Assembly (NCBI GenBank): GCA_964291295.2
Contig: OZ219754.1
Location: 3,520,001-3,584,000 of the forward strand
Reading direction: 5' to 3'
Source of the DNA: an uncultured Candidatus Binatia bacterium
GTDB lineage: Bacteria; Desulfobacterota; Binatia; UBA9968; JAJDTQ01
DNA length: 64,000 bases
Shown here: one piece after another, positions 42,941 to 54,301 of the stretch
Layout: each line of letters starts with the position of its first letter
Numbering within the stretch: position 1 is the stretch's first letter
Program-made: the position numbers and the translations under genes
Notes under the pieces: generated by a model
Databases searched by the model: none
What the model saw: only the letters and a program-made list of their open reading frames with translations
What the model was told of the DNA's origin: nothing

Positions 42941-44716
42941 TTACGCCGGCAGGACGGCGTCCACATCCTCTCCCTTTTTCCGCGAACCCTTGCGTGCGGT
43001 CTTCAGCTTCGGCGGATCCTCCAGCATCATCTCGTGCTGCGCGCCGCCGGCCGGGATCATCGGATAGCAGTTCTCGAACCTGTCGATGGCGAAGTTCATC
43101 AGCACCGGACCCTTGTGCTTCAGCCCTTCCTTCAACACCCCCTCCACGTCCGCAGGCCCCTCCGAGTGAAGGCCGAGGATCCCGTACGCTTCCGCCAGCT
43201 TGACGAAGTCGGGGGTGGTGCCCAGGTCGCTGGAAGCGTAGCGCCCCTCGTAGAACAGATCCTGCCACTGCCGCACCATGCCGTGGAACTGGTTGTTGAG
43301 CAGGATGATCTTCACCGGCAGCTTGTAGATGGCGGCCACCGCCAGTTCCTGGAGGTTCATCTGGAAGCTGCCCTCGCTGGTGATGCACAGCACGGTCTTG
43401 CCGGGAAAGGCCTTCTGCGCGCCGATGGCGGCCGGGAATCCGAAGCCCATGGTGCCGAGCCCGCCCGAGGTGAGGAAAGTGCGCTGGGTGGCGCCCCTGA
43501 AGTACTGCGCCGCCCACATCTGGTGCTGGCCCACGTCGGTGACGACGATGGCCTTGTGCCGGGTGAGTTCGTAGGCTTTCTCGATGACGAACTGCGGCTT
43601 GGTCGCCTTGTCGTCTTCCTGCCGGTAGGCGAGCGGATGCCGGGCGGACCATTCGTTCACCTGTGCCTGCCACGGCCTCCGCTGCGCCTTGACGCTGGCG
43701 GGATTGCCGTCCATGGAACCGAGCACGTTCACCAGTTCCCGCAGCACCTGCTTGACGTCGCCCACGATGGGAATGTGGGCATGGACGTTCTTCTTGATGG
43801 AGGTGGGGTCGATGTCGATGTGGATCACCCGGGCCCGAGGCGAAAACTCGGACAGCTTGCCGGTCACGCGGTCGTCGAAGCGCGCGCCCACCGCGATCAG
43901 CAGATCGGCCTCGTGCATGGCCATGTTGGCGCAGTAGGTGCCGTGCATGCCGAGCATGCCCATGCACAGCGGATGGGTTCCGGGAAACGCGCCCAGTCCC
44001 ATGACCGTCATGGTCAACGGGATCTGCGTCAGCTCCGCGAACTCCCGGACCTCGTTGGCCGCACCGGAGAAGATCGCCCCGCCACCGACGTAGATGACCG
44101 GCCGCCTGGCCTTCAGAATCTCGCTGGCCGCCTGCTTGATCTGATGGCGATTGCCGGTCACCGTGGGACGGTATCCCCGGAGGTCGACCTTGTCGGGATA
44201 GCGGAACTCGGTGGACTCGGTGCTCACGTCCTTGGGAATGTCCACCAGCACCGGACCGGGACGGCCCGTGTTGGCGATGTAGAAGGCCTCCTTGATGGTG
44301 GCCGCGAGGTCGGCCACATCCTTCACCAGGACGTTGTGCTTGGTGCAGGGACGGCTGATGCCGATGTTGTCGGCTTCCTGGAACGCGTCGTTGCCGATGA
44401 GGCTGGTGGGAACCTGACCCGTGAAGGCCACCAGCGGGACGGAATCCATCATGGCGTCCGCGAGGCCGGTGACGATGTTGGTCATGCCCGGACCCGAGGT
44501 CACCAGCGCGACACCCGCCTTTCCGGTGGCCTTGGCATGGCCCTCGGCCATATGTATCGCGCCTTGCTCGTGCCGGGTCAGAATCACCTCGACGTCCTTC
44601 TGCTGGTGCAGGACGTCGAACAGCTTGAGGACCACGCCGCCGGGAATGCCGAAGAGGGTCTTCACTCCCTCGCGTTTGAGCGACTCCACGAATATTTCCG
44701 ACCCGGTCAAGTGCAT
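42941..44716 (-). CDS. ilvB: Acetolactate synthase large subunit
   Basis: RHEQGA, TSGPG.TN, GMLGMHG, DVGQHQMW, SGGLGTMG, MVRQWQ. The TPP motif reads SEGS rather than GDGS. Confidence 0.95.
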   Translation of the reverse strand: MHLTGSEIFVESLKREGVKTLFGIPGGVVLKLFDVLHQQKDVEVILTRHEQGAIHMAEGHAKATGKAGVALVTSGPGMTNIVTGLADAMMDSVPLVAFTGQVPTSLIGNDAFQEADNIGISRPCTKHNVLVKDVADLAATIKEAFYIANTGRPGPVLVDIPKDVSTESTEFRYPDKVDLRGYRPTVTGNRHQIKQAASEILKARRPVIYVGGGAIFSGAANEVREFAELTQIPLTMTVMGLGAFPGTHPLCMGMLGMHGTYCANMAMHEADLLIAVGARFDDRVTGKLSEFSPRARVIHIDIDPTSIKKNVHAHIPIVGDVKQVLRELVNVLGSMDGNPASVKAQRRPWQAQVNEWSARHPLAYRQEDDKATKPQFVIEKAYELTRHKAIVVTDVGQHQMWAAQYFRGATQRTFLTSGGLGTMGFGFPAAIGAQKAFPGKTVLCITSEGSFQMNLQELAVAAIYKLPVKIILLNNQFHGMVRQWQDLFYEGRYASSDLGTTPDFVKLAEAYGILGLHSEGPADVEGVLKEGLKHKGPVLMNFAIDRFENCYPMIPAGGAQHEMMLEDPPKLKTARKGSRKKGEDVDAVLPA

Positions 44717-44736
44717 CTTTCTCTCCCTGACTCCTG

Positions 44737-44964
44737 CTAGCTCGCCGACTTGTACTTGTCGAGAATCTGCATGATCCTGTCCTTGCCCACGAGCTTGAGC
44801 TTCTGGATGCGCTTCCTTTCCATCTCCTCTTCGGGTGACAGGTGGCCTCTGTCGTGAAGATCCAGCAACCGCTTCTCGTACTCCAGGTGCTCTTCGTAAT
44901 ATTGGCGCAGTTCCGGATCCTTATCCAGGACAGCGGCTATCATTCGCTCCTCCCGCTCCTCCAT
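44737..44964 (-). CDS. Small coiled-coil protein, DUF465/YdcH-like
   Basis: 75 aa, EH..YE..L, LSPEEE...K..KL..KD pattern, RBS GGAGGT. Confidence 0.75.
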   Translation of the reverse strand: MEEREERMIAAVLDKDPELRQYYEEHLEYEKRLLDLHDRGHLSPEEEMERKRIQKLKLVGKDRIMQILDKYKSAS

Positions 44965-45002
44965 TGAACCACCTCCCGGGCAAGGTTTTGAGAAAACGAC
45001 AA

Positions 45003-45031
45003 AATCTATCCAACCACCGGATTTTTGTCAA
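45003..45031 (-). promoter_or_regulatory. Sigma70-type promoter of the DUF465-ilvB operon
   Basis: TTGACA-17 bp-TAGATT. Confidence 0.65.
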
Positions 45032-45075
45032 CGAGTGACCGCTGGGCGACCCCGGCCAGCCAGCGAGATCCGGGA

Positions 45076-45840
45076 TCAGGAGTGCGGCGGCGAAACCCGG
45101 GACCCGGAGCCCGGCGGTTTCCCGGCCGCGGCGTCCGGCGGGCGTATGTAGCGGGGAATCAGCGGCTCGGCCGCGATGGCAGGCGCGGTCCGGTACCGTC
45201 CCTCGGCGATGCCGGCGACGGCGGAGGCGGTGCTTGGAAGATCGGTTCCCGCCATGATCCGGGCGTGGCCGCCGGTGCAGCGGCGGATCACGTCGGCGTG
45301 GGCCTGGGCGCCGGCGCCGACAAACACGCACGGCCCCTTTGCCAACCCACTCACCCGCCGCACCATGGATTCCGGCGGCGCCAGGCAATCCTCCATCCGA
45401 CACTCGAACGCCGCCGCCGTGCGGCGGTAGAGGGAGCCGTAGACTTCGCCCTTGCGCGCGTCCAGCAGCGGGCATATGAAAGCCGCGCCGTCGTCCGGGC
45501 CGGGCATCCGATACGCCATCGCCTCCAGGGTCGGTATCCCGACCACCGGGGTATCCGAACCATAGACCAAGCCCTTGACCGTGCTGATGCCGATCCTCAG
45601 GCCGGTGAAGGAGCCGGGTCCCACGGCGACTCCCACGAGCGAGAGGCTCGAAAAGCCGGCGCCGGCCCGCTGGAGCACCTCCTCGATGATGGGGATCAGG
45701 CCTTCCGCATGATTCGACCGGCCCGGCCGGCGGTCCTTCGGCGGCGCGGACTCCCGTACGCACTCCGCCACGAGCCCGCCATCTTCCAGGACCGCGGCGC
45801 TCAGCCGTGCCGTCGACGTGTCGAGTCCGAGTACCCTCAC
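45076..45840 (-). CDS. tsaB: t6A biosynthesis protein TsaB
   Basis: LGLDTST, GPGSFTGLRIG, DARKGEVY, P.Y.R. Confidence 0.93.
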   Translation of the reverse strand: MRVLGLDTSTARLSAAVLEDGGLVAECVRESAPPKDRRPGRSNHAEGLIPIIEEVLQRAGAGFSSLSLVGVAVGPGSFTGLRIGISTVKGLVYGSDTPVVGIPTLEAMAYRMPGPDDGAAFICPLLDARKGEVYGSLYRRTAAAFECRMEDCLAPPESMVRRVSGLAKGPCVFVGAGAQAHADVIRRCTGGHARIMAGTDLPSTASAVAGIAEGRYRTAPAIAAEPLIPRYIRPPDAAAGKPPGSGSRVSPPHS

Positions 45841-45862
45841 GGCTCCCGTTCCAGTCGTCCCG

Positions 45863-46939
45863 TCAACTTCCGAAGATACGGGCCAGGTCGTTGTAGAACG
45901 CGTAGACCATGACGAAGAGCAGGACCACCAGGCCCACCTGCTGCGCCCGTTCCCGTTGCCGTGCCTCGACGGGTTTGCCGCGCACGGCCTCGATCAGGAA
46001 GAACAGCAGATGCCCGCCGTCCAGCACCGGGATCGGCAGCAGGTTCAGGACGCCAAGATTTATACTCAGCAATGCCATCAGGAGCAGGTAGTCCGCCAGA
46101 CCCCGTCGTGCCTGCTGGCCGGCCAACTGGGCGATCATCAGGGGACCGCCGAGATTCGCCGAATCCACCCGCCCGGTCACCATCTTGACCAGCACCTCCA
46201 CCGTGAGCAACGAGAAATCCATCGTCCGGGTCACCGCCAGCCAGCCCGCGGTCAGCGGATTCCCCCTTTCCATCTCCATGGCTCCGGTGCCTTGTATGCC
46301 CACAAGCCAGGTCTCCTCGGGCTCGCCCAGACGGTTCCGCGTCTGTCCCCGCACGGGGCTCAGCGTGACCGCGAATTCCCGGTCGCCGCGGACCACCCCC
46401 AGGTCCAGGGGACGCCCCTGGCTCGCCTGGACCCCGCGCGACAGTTCATCCCAGGACCGGACGGGACGGTCGCCCACCATGACGACCCGGTCTCCCGCCT
46501 GGAGCCCGGCGCCGGCGGCCGGGGAGCCCGGCTGCACGCCGCCGATCTCCGCGGTCCGGTAAGGCACCCCGAAGAAAAGGAAAACGCACAGGAACACCGC
46601 CATGGCCAGCAGAAAGTTCGCACCGGGCCCGGCCGCCACGATAGCGGCTCGAGTGGCCAGCCCACGATGGGCGAAGGACTGGTTCCGGGCGGCGAACGCG
46701 ACCGGCTCACCGGGGTTCTCGCCCACCATCTTGACGTAGCCTCCCAGCGGGAAGGCGCTCACGCAGTATTCCGTTTCGCCGCGCCGGCGGACCCATACCT
46801 TCGGGCCGAAGCCGATGGAGAAGGTCAAGACGCCCACGCCGGCCTTCTTGGCCACGAGGAAGTGGCCCAGCTCGTGAAGGAACACCAGTACGCCGAAGGC
46901 GACAACCGCGGCGGCGATCATGTAGATGATGTCGATCAC
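45863..46939 (-). CDS. rseP: RIP metalloprotease RseP
   Basis: HELGH, FSIGFGP, PLGGYVKM, PDZ domain, NLLPIPVLDGG. GTG 46939 overlaps the dxr stop. Confidence 0.95.
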   Translation of the reverse strand: MIDIIYMIAAAVVAFGVLVFLHELGHFLVAKKAGVGVLTFSIGFGPKVWVRRRGETEYCVSAFPLGGYVKMVGENPGEPVAFAARNQSFAHRGLATRAAIVAAGPGANFLLAMAVFLCVFLFFGVPYRTAEIGGVQPGSPAAGAGLQAGDRVVMVGDRPVRSWDELSRGVQASQGRPLDLGVVRGDREFAVTLSPVRGQTRNRLGEPEETWLVGIQGTGAMEMERGNPLTAGWLAVTRTMDFSLLTVEVLVKMVTGRVDSANLGGPLMIAQLAGQQARRGLADYLLLMALLSINLGVLNLLPIPVLDGGHLLFFLIEAVRGKPVEARQRERAQQVGLVVLLFVMVYAFYNDLARIFGS

Positions 46940-48102
46940 GTCGCCACTCCGTCCTGCTGCACGAGATTCCGGGCGAACGACCGGGACCATTGATCGGCGG
47001 CAAGGATCTGCCGCACGGTTCTCGGCTTGATGGGTTCGTGAGCGTTCATGGTCTCCCGGCTGATCTCGTGGATTCGGCGAAAACCGATGCGACCGTCCAG
47101 AAAGGCGTCCACCGCCACCTCGTTGGCCGCGTTGAGAACGGGCGGAACCGTACCGCCCCGCTCCAGGGCGCCGTAGGCGATGTCCAGCGCCGGATAGCGC
47201 CGGCGCTCCACCTTCAGAAAGGTGAGATCCCCCTGTTCGGGCAGGTTCAACGGCGCCAGCCCGGTCTCGAGCCGCTCGGGATAGGACAGCGCGTAGGCGA
47301 TGGGGATGCGCATGTCGGGTACGCCGAGTTGCGCCATGACCGCGCCGTCACGGTAACGCACCATGGAGTGGACGATGCTCTGCGGGTGTATCATCACCTC
47401 CACCCGCTCCGCCGGCACGCCGAACAGCCAGCATGCCTCGATCACCTCCAACCCCTTGTTCATCATGGTGGCGGAATCGATGGTGATCTTCGGACCCATC
47501 TTCCAGGTGGGATGCCGCAGCGCCTGGCGGATGGTCACGCGGCGCAACTCCGGGAGCGGCGTGCGCAGGAACGGCCCTCCGGAGGCGGTGAGGATGATCT
47601 TGTCGACGTCGTCCCGGCGGTTCCCCTCAAGACACTGGAACACCGCGCTGTGCTCGCTGTCCACCGGCAGGAGCCGCACCCCCCGCTTCCAGGCCTCCCG
47701 GACCAGCAACTCGCCGGACATGACCAGCGCCTCCTTGTTGGCCAGCCCCACGTCCTTGCCCGCCCGCACGGCGGCGAGGGTCGGCACCAGTCCCGCGCTG
47801 CCGACGATGGCCGCGAGCACGAAGTCCGCCGTGGGTTCCGCCGCCGTGGCCGCCGCCCCTTCCTCGCCGTGGACGACCTCGACCCTGCGGCGCCCCATGA
47901 GCTTGCGCAGGACATCGACATCCTCCGGGTGCCGGACGCTGACCATGCGCGGGGAGAACTCGGCCACCTGCCGCGCCAGCAACTCCAGGTTGCGCCCTGC
48001 CACCAGTCCGCTGACCTTGAACCGTCCCTTGAAGGTCCGGATCACGTCAAGGGCGTTGACGCCGATGGTTCCGGTGGATCCCAGGATGACGATGGATTTC
48101 AT
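46936..48102 (-). CDS. dxr: 1-deoxy-D-xylulose-5-phosphate reductoisomerase
   Basis: LGSTG.IG, LANKE, LPVDSEHSA, HPTW.MG.KITIDSAT..NKGLE, NAANEVAV. Confidence 0.97.
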   Translation of the reverse strand: MKSIVILGSTGTIGVNALDVIRTFKGRFKVSGLVAGRNLELLARQVAEFSPRMVSVRHPEDVDVLRKLMGRRRVEVVHGEEGAAATAAEPTADFVLAAIVGSAGLVPTLAAVRAGKDVGLANKEALVMSGELLVREAWKRGVRLLPVDSEHSAVFQCLEGNRRDDVDKIILTASGGPFLRTPLPELRRVTIRQALRHPTWKMGPKITIDSATMMNKGLEVIEACWLFGVPAERVEVMIHPQSIVHSMVRYRDGAVMAQLGVPDMRIPIAYALSYPERLETGLAPLNLPEQGDLTFLKVERRRYPALDIAYGALERGGTVPPVLNAANEVAVDAFLDGRIGFRRIHEISRETMNAHEPIKPRTVRQILAADQWSRSFARNLVQQDGVAT

Positions 48103-48901
48103 GATGGCAGGAACCGCAGCCAGCAGGTACTCAGGACTCCCGGAAAGATGAGGCTGTCAAGCCGGTCCATGAGGCCGCCGTGGCCGGGCAGGATCACGCC
48201 CGAGTCCTTGACCGAGAAGCTCCGCTTGATCAGCGACTCGAACAGGTCGCCCAGTTGAGCGATGAGGACAATGGCCAGTGAAAGCCCCAGGACCGGACCG
48301 GAAGGCGCGGCCAGCAGCCATCCACCCGACAGCCATCCGACGGCGACGCCCGCAACGGTGGCCGCCACCGACCCTTCGACGGTCTTTCCCGGACTGACTG
48401 AAGGATACAACTTTCTTCGGCCCAGGGCGACACCGGCCAGATAACCGGCGCTGTCGGCCGAAAAAACCACGATCAACAGCCACAGCACCCATTGGTAACC
48501 GCCGCGGTAAAGCACCGTCAGATGCGGGAACAGGTAACCCAGGTAAACAGCACCGGCCAGCGCCAGCCCGAGATGGCGAAAGCGTTCCTCGACCGTGCCG
48601 CCTGCGAACACGAACACCGTGAACAGACCCGTCGCGATGACCGGGAACAGGCCGGACAGCCCGGGCACCACCAGGGTGAGCGACAGCAGCATGCCGGCGG
48701 TGACCCCGGTGGCACGCACCCACCCATGGTCGGGAAAGGCCATGTGGAAGTACTCGAGGAGCGCGATGAGGGTGAGGAGTTCGATGAACGACGCGAACAG
48801 CCAGACGTTGTCCAGGACGACGATCCCGAACACGAGGGGGATTCCGGCCAGCGCGGTCCATACCCGGGCGCGCATCGAGTGTCGTATCTCCGGCACGGAC
48901 G

Positions 48902-48905
<4 letters not shown>
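48099..48905 (-). CDS. cdsA: Phosphatidate cytidylyltransferase
   Basis: SPGKTVEG, GDLFES.IKR...VKDSG..LPGHGG..DR.DS. Start is TTG 48905 or ATG 48875. Confidence 0.93.
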
Positions 48906-49645
<740 letters not shown>

Positions 49646-49707
49646 TCCGGAAAAGGCAGGCGTGGCCGAAGGATGCGGCCCCGGTGTCCGGTACGGACTC
49701 CGGCCCA

Positions 49708-50265
49708 CTAGACCTCCATGATCTCCTCTTCCTTGGCCTTGAGGAAGCCGTCCACCTTGCCGACGAACTCGGCGGTGATTTTCTGGATGCGACCCTGGCC
49801 CTGCTTCACCTCGTCCTCGGTGATCTCCTTGTCCTTCTGCATCTCCTTCAACGCGTCGATGGCGTCGCGCCGGTGGTTTCGTACCGAGACACGATAGTCT
49901 TCCGCAGTCTTGCGCACCTGCTTTACCAACTCCTTGCGCCGCTCGCCGCTGAGTTCCGGAATCGGCACCCGGATCAACTGGCCGTCATTGGACGGCGTCA
50001 GGCCGAGACCCGCCTTGAGGATGGATCTCTCGATGCCGGCGATGGCGCTGCGGTCGTAGGCCTGAATCGTCACCAGCCTGGGCTCGGGCACCGAGATGGT
50101 CGCGATCTGGTTCAACGGGGTCCGGGTGCCGTAATATTCCACCGCAACCCCCTCGAAAAGGGCGGCCGAAGCCCGGCCGGTGCGCACGTGCCCCAACTCC
50201 CGGCGCATGGCCGCCAAGGTCCGCTCCAGCTCTTCCTGGAACTCGCGGTAGAAGGCATCGTCCAT
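49708..50265 (-). CDS. frr: Ribosome recycling factor
   Basis: RTGRA, VEYYG, LGLTP.NDG, ERRKEL, VRN.RRD, KEEEIM. Confidence 0.96.
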   Translation of the reverse strand: MDDAFYREFQEELERTLAAMRRELGHVRTGRASAALFEGVAVEYYGTRTPLNQIATISVPEPRLVTIQAYDRSAIAGIERSILKAGLGLTPSNDGQLIRVPIPELSGERRKELVKQVRKTAEDYRVSVRNHRRDAIDALKEMQKDKEITEDEVKQGQGRIQKITAEFVGKVDGFLKAKEEEIMEV

Positions 50266-50275
50266 GGTTCACCTG

Positions 50276-51019
50276 TCAGCTTGCGTGTTCCCGGTCCCCG
50301 ACACCTACCAGCGTGCCGATGGGCTGACCGCTCACTACCCTGCGTATGTTGCCCCGCTCCATGACATTGAAGACGATGATGGGAAGCTTGTTGTCCATGC
50401 AAAGCGAAATGGCGGTGGCGTCCATCACCTTGAGCTCCCTGCTCAGCACCTCCATGTGGGTCAACTCACGGAAGAGCTTCGCGCCATGATTCTTCAACGG
50501 GTCGGTGTCGTAGACGCCCGGGACCTTGGTGGCCTTCAGGATGACCTCGGCGCCCACCTCCATGGCGCGCAGGCTCGCGGTCGTGTCCGTGGTGAAATAG
50601 GGATTGCCGGTTCCGCCCGCGAAGATGACGACCCGACCCTTCTCCAAGTGCCGCACTGCCCGCCGGCGTATGTACAACTCGGCCACCTGACGCATCTCGA
50701 TGGCCGACATGACGCGGGTCGAGACACCGACCTTCTCCAGCGCGTCCTGGAGTGCGATGCTGTTGATGACCGTGGCCAGCATGCCCATGTAGTCGGCGCT
50801 GGCCCGATCAATGCCGTGGTCACTGGCCTCGGCACCGCGCAGGATGTTGCCGCCGCCGATCACCAGGGCGATCTCGCAACCGAGTTCGTGGACCTCGCGA
50901 ATCTCCTCCACGAACCGCATGACAGTGACGGGGTCGATGCCGTACTGGCGCTCGCCGGCCAGTACCTCCCCCGTGATCTTGAGAATGACTCGCTTGTATC
51001 TCAACTCGAGGGCGGTCAT
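50276..51019 (-). CDS. pyrH: UMP kinase
   Basis: [36 protein letters not shown]. Confidence 0.96.
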   Translation of the reverse strand: MTALELRYKRVILKITGEVLAGERQYGIDPVTVMRFVEEIREVHELGCEIALVIGGGNILRGAEASDHGIDRASADYMGMLATVINSIALQDALEKVGVSTRVMSAIEMRQVAELYIRRRAVRHLEKGRVVIFAGGTGNPYFTTDTTASLRAMEVGAEVILKATKVPGVYDTDPLKNHGAKLFRELTHMEVLSRELKVMDATAISLCMDNKLPIIVFNVMERGNIRRVVSGQPIGTLVGVGDREHAS

Positions 51020-51030
51020 TCGGTGGGATC

Positions 51031-51636
51031 CTACTCCCTCATCCCCTCGCCGACGGAGTATCGAACGAAGCGCCTGACGCGAATGTTCTCGCCCAGGCGC
51101 GCGATGGCGTCCTGTATCAGATCCCCGACCCGGCGGCCGGGCTCCTTGATGAAGGCCTGCTCCATGAGACAAGCCTCCTCGTAGAAACGCTCCATCTTGC
51201 CGTCGACGATCTTCGACAGCACCGCCTCGGGTTTGTTCAACTCCTCGGCCTGCTGCCGGAAGATCGCCTTCTCCCGCTCCAGTTCCTCCTGGCCGACCTC
51301 TTCTCGGCGTACGTAGCGCGGGTTGGCGGCCGCCACCTGCATGGAAAGATCTTTTACCAGGGCCTGGAACTCCTCCGTGCGAGCCACGAAGTCGGTCTCG
51401 CAATTCACTTCCAGGAGGACGCCGATCCTGTTCCCGCCGTGGATGTAGGAGCCCACCAGCCCTTCGCTGGCCTCGCGCTCGGACTTGCGCGCGGCCAGCG
51501 CCAGCCCCTTCGCTCTCAAGTGATCCACCGACTTCTCGAAGTCACCCTCGCACTCCACCAAGGCCTTCTTGCAGTCCATGAACCCCGCGCCCGTCTTGTC
51601 TCGCAACTGTTTGACCCTGCTCGCATCAATGGCCAT
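51031..51636 (-). CDS. tsf: Elongation factor Ts (short form)
   Basis: [36 protein letters not shown]. Confidence 0.96.
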   Translation of the reverse strand: MAIDASRVKQLRDKTGAGFMDCKKALVECEGDFEKSVDHLRAKGLALAARKSEREASEGLVGSYIHGGNRIGVLLEVNCETDFVARTEEFQALVKDLSMQVAAANPRYVRREEVGQEELEREKAIFRQQAEELNKPEAVLSKIVDGKMERFYEEACLMEQAFIKEPGRRVGDLIQDAIARLGENIRVRRFVRYSVGEGMRE

Positions 51637-51642
51637 GCCAAC

Positions 51643-52626
51643 TCAGCTCCCCGCCGTGCTCGGCGCATCCGTGGATTTCTCCGTCCCGGACTTCTCCTCG
51701 GCCGACTCCGTCGCGGCAGCCGGTTCCGGGGCTGCCGCGGGCGATTCCGGAGCCGCGGCGGGCTCCGGCACAGCCGCAGGCGTCGATACCGGCACCCCTT
51801 CCGGTACAGCCGTTCCGGCCTCCGCCGTGACCTCCGCTGCTGTCGCCACCGTGTCTGTCGCCACCAGCTCCTCCTCGACCGAACCGCCCTCCGAAGCAGC
51901 CTCGGACCGAGCGGCTTCGGCCTCCATCCTGGCTTGGTCGCACAAAGCCTTGCCCTCGTTGACCGCCTCGGCCATGAGCTTGCAGAAAAGCCGGATGGCG
52001 CGAATCGCATCATCGTTGCCGGGGATCTTGTAATCCACCAGGTCCGGGTCGCAGTCGCTGTCGATGATCGCGATCACCTTGATGCCAAGCTTGCGCGCCT
52101 CCCGCACCGCGATGGCTTCCTGCCCGGGGTCGATGACGAATACCGCATCCGGCAGCTTCCGGATATCCTTGATCCCGCCGAGCGCGCGCTCAAGCTTCGC
52201 CTGTTCGCGGCTGTGCGAGAGCATCTCCTTCTTGGTCAGCGCCTCGACGACCTTGGGGTCGTTGGCCATCTCCTCCAGCTTCTTCAGGCGTTCGATGCTC
52301 TGGCGGACTGTCTGGAAGTTCGTCAGCGTGCCGCCGAGCCAACGATGGTGGACATAGGACATGCCGCAGCGTTCCGCCTCCTCACGAACCGAGTCCTGCG
52401 CCTGCTTCTTGGTCCCCACGAACAGGACGTGGCCCCCGGACATGATCAGATCCCGCACGTGGGCGCAGACATCCTTGATCATCCTTACGGTCTGCTGCAG
52501 GTCGATAATATGAATCCCGTTCCGCGCCCCGAAAATGTAAGGCTTCATCTTGGGATTCCAGCGACTGGTCTGGTGCCCGAAATGGACGCCGGCCTCCAGT
52601 AGCTGCTTCATGGATACATCCGTCAT
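51643..52626 (-). CDS. rpsB: 30S ribosomal protein S2 with long acidic Ala/Glu/Pro tail
   Basis: [33 protein letters not shown]. Confidence 0.97.
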   Translation of the reverse strand: MTDVSMKQLLEAGVHFGHQTSRWNPKMKPYIFGARNGIHIIDLQQTVRMIKDVCAHVRDLIMSGGHVLFVGTKKQAQDSVREEAERCGMSYVHHRWLGGTLTNFQTVRQSIERLKKLEEMANDPKVVEALTKKEMLSHSREQAKLERALGGIKDIRKLPDAVFVIDPGQEAIAVREARKLGIKVIAIIDSDCDPDLVDYKIPGNDDAIRAIRLFCKLMAEAVNEGKALCDQARMEAEAARSEAASEGGSVEEELVATDTVATAAEVTAEAGTAVPEGVPVSTPAAVPEPAAAPESPAAAPEPAAATESAEEKSGTEKSTDAPSTAGS

Positions 52627-52793
52627 GGCTGAAGAACCTCGAGTTTTACGTAGCTCGCCATCCTCTTGCCCTGTCTCACAAACCTGGGGGAACCTGCTCG
52701 TTGTATGCTGCCGGGAATGGAAGAAAGGAACGATGGGCTATTAGCAGAATTGGCACCGTCACGCAAGAGAAGCCCGGCAAGGGCGGTGTCCGG

Positions 52794-54155
52794 TCATGTG
52801 TTCATGGACTCCAGAAACTCCTTGTTGTCCCTGGTGCCGTGGAGCTTGTCGAGGAGAAACTCCATCGCCTCGACCACGCTGAGCTGCGACAGCACCTTGC
52901 GGAGGATCCAGATGCGGTTGAGGTCCTCCTTGGGGATCAACAGCTCCTCCTTGCGCGTACCGGACTTGTTGATGTCCACCGCAGGGAACACGCGCTTGTC
53001 CATCAGCCGGCGGTCCAGATTGATCTCCATGTTGCCGGTTCCCTTGAACTCCTCGAAGATCACCTCGTCCATGCGGCTTCCGGTGTCGATCAGAGCCGTC
53101 GCGATGATCGTGAGGCTGCCGCCGTCCTCAATGTTCCGCGCGGCGCCGAAAAACTTCTTCGGCTTGTGCAACGCATTGGAATCGACACCACCGGACAGGA
53201 TCTTGCCGCTGGGCGGCACCACCGTGTTGTAGGCCCGGGCCAGGCGGGTAATGCTGTCAAGCAGGATGATGACGTCCTTGCCGTGCTCCACCAGCCGTTT
53301 GGCCTTCTCGATGATCATTTCGGCCACCTGGACGTGGCGCGTCGCCGGCTCGTCGAAGGTGGAACTGACCACCTCCCCGACCACCGAACGCTGCATGTCG
53401 GTAACTTCTTCCGGACGCTCGTCGATGAGCAGGACGAGAAGAACGGCATCCGGGTGGTTGTGGGCGATGGCCTTGGCGATGTTCTGCAACATCATGGTCT
53501 TGCCGGTCCGTGGCGCCGCCACCACCAGCCCCCGCTGCCCCATGCCGATGGGGGTCAACAAATCGATGAAGCGCGTGGTGTATTCGTCCGCCTGATGTTC
53601 CAGCGTGATGCGTTTGTCAGGATAGAGCGGCGTCAGATTGTCGAAGAGGATCTTGTCACGCACCTTGTCGGGGTGGCCGTTGTTGATGGTCTCGACCTTG
53701 AGGAGGGCGAAATACCGCTCGCCGTCCTTGGGAGGCCGAATCTGGCCGGAAATGATGTCTCCCGTGCGCAGGCCGAAACGCCTGATCTGGCTGGGCGAGA
53801 CGTAAATGTCGTCCGGACCCGGCAGGTAGTTGTAGTCCGGCGCTCTCAGAAAACCGAACCCGTCGGGCAAGGTCTCCAGCACGCCTTCGCCGTACACATA
53901 TCCGTTCTTCTCCGTCTGGGCCTGCAGGATCGCGAATATCAAGTCCTGCCGCCGCATGTTGGCCGCGCTCTCAATGCTGAAACCCTTGCCGATGCTGGCC
54001 AGTTCCGCGATTTTCTTGGCCTTGAGCGAGCCCAGATTCAAGCCGTTCTGGTGCAAGGGCTCGACCGCCGAAGCCGCCCGGCTCCTGCGATGGCCTGGAG
54101 CCGCCTCGTTCTTGGTCTCGCCTTCGCCTGCGGAGCGCGTCCGTACGTTAGCCAT
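52794..54155 (-). CDS. rho: Transcription termination factor Rho
   Basis: [50 protein letters not shown]. Confidence 0.97.
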   Translation of the reverse strand: MANVRTRSAGEGETKNEAAPGHRRSRAASAVEPLHQNGLNLGSLKAKKIAELASIGKGFSIESAANMRRQDLIFAILQAQTEKNGYVYGEGVLETLPDGFGFLRAPDYNYLPGPDDIYVSPSQIRRFGLRTGDIISGQIRPPKDGERYFALLKVETINNGHPDKVRDKILFDNLTPLYPDKRITLEHQADEYTTRFIDLLTPIGMGQRGLVVAAPRTGKTMMLQNIAKAIAHNHPDAVLLVLLIDERPEEVTDMQRSVVGEVVSSTFDEPATRHVQVAEMIIEKAKRLVEHGKDVIILLDSITRLARAYNTVVPPSGKILSGGVDSNALHKPKKFFGAARNIEDGGSLTIIATALIDTGSRMDEVIFEEFKGTGNMEINLDRRLMDKRVFPAVDINKSGTRKEELLIPKEDLNRIWILRKVLSQLSVVEAMEFLLDKLHGTRDNKEFLESMNT

Positions 54156-54301
54156 GGAACTTCCTTTCAATCACGCCGCCGGCGGCCCGTCGAAACGGAA
54201 CGAGGGCCGACTGCGAAGCAGGAATCGGATCTGATTTGTCGCAATGATTGATAAAGCGGGTTGGATCGAAACCGACCGGATTCGGCACTGCGGTCAGGAG
54301 A

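Noticed and set aside
51031-51636. Truncated EF-Ts
   Set aside because: The ~200-aa form is a known natural type with complete N- and C-terminal motifs.
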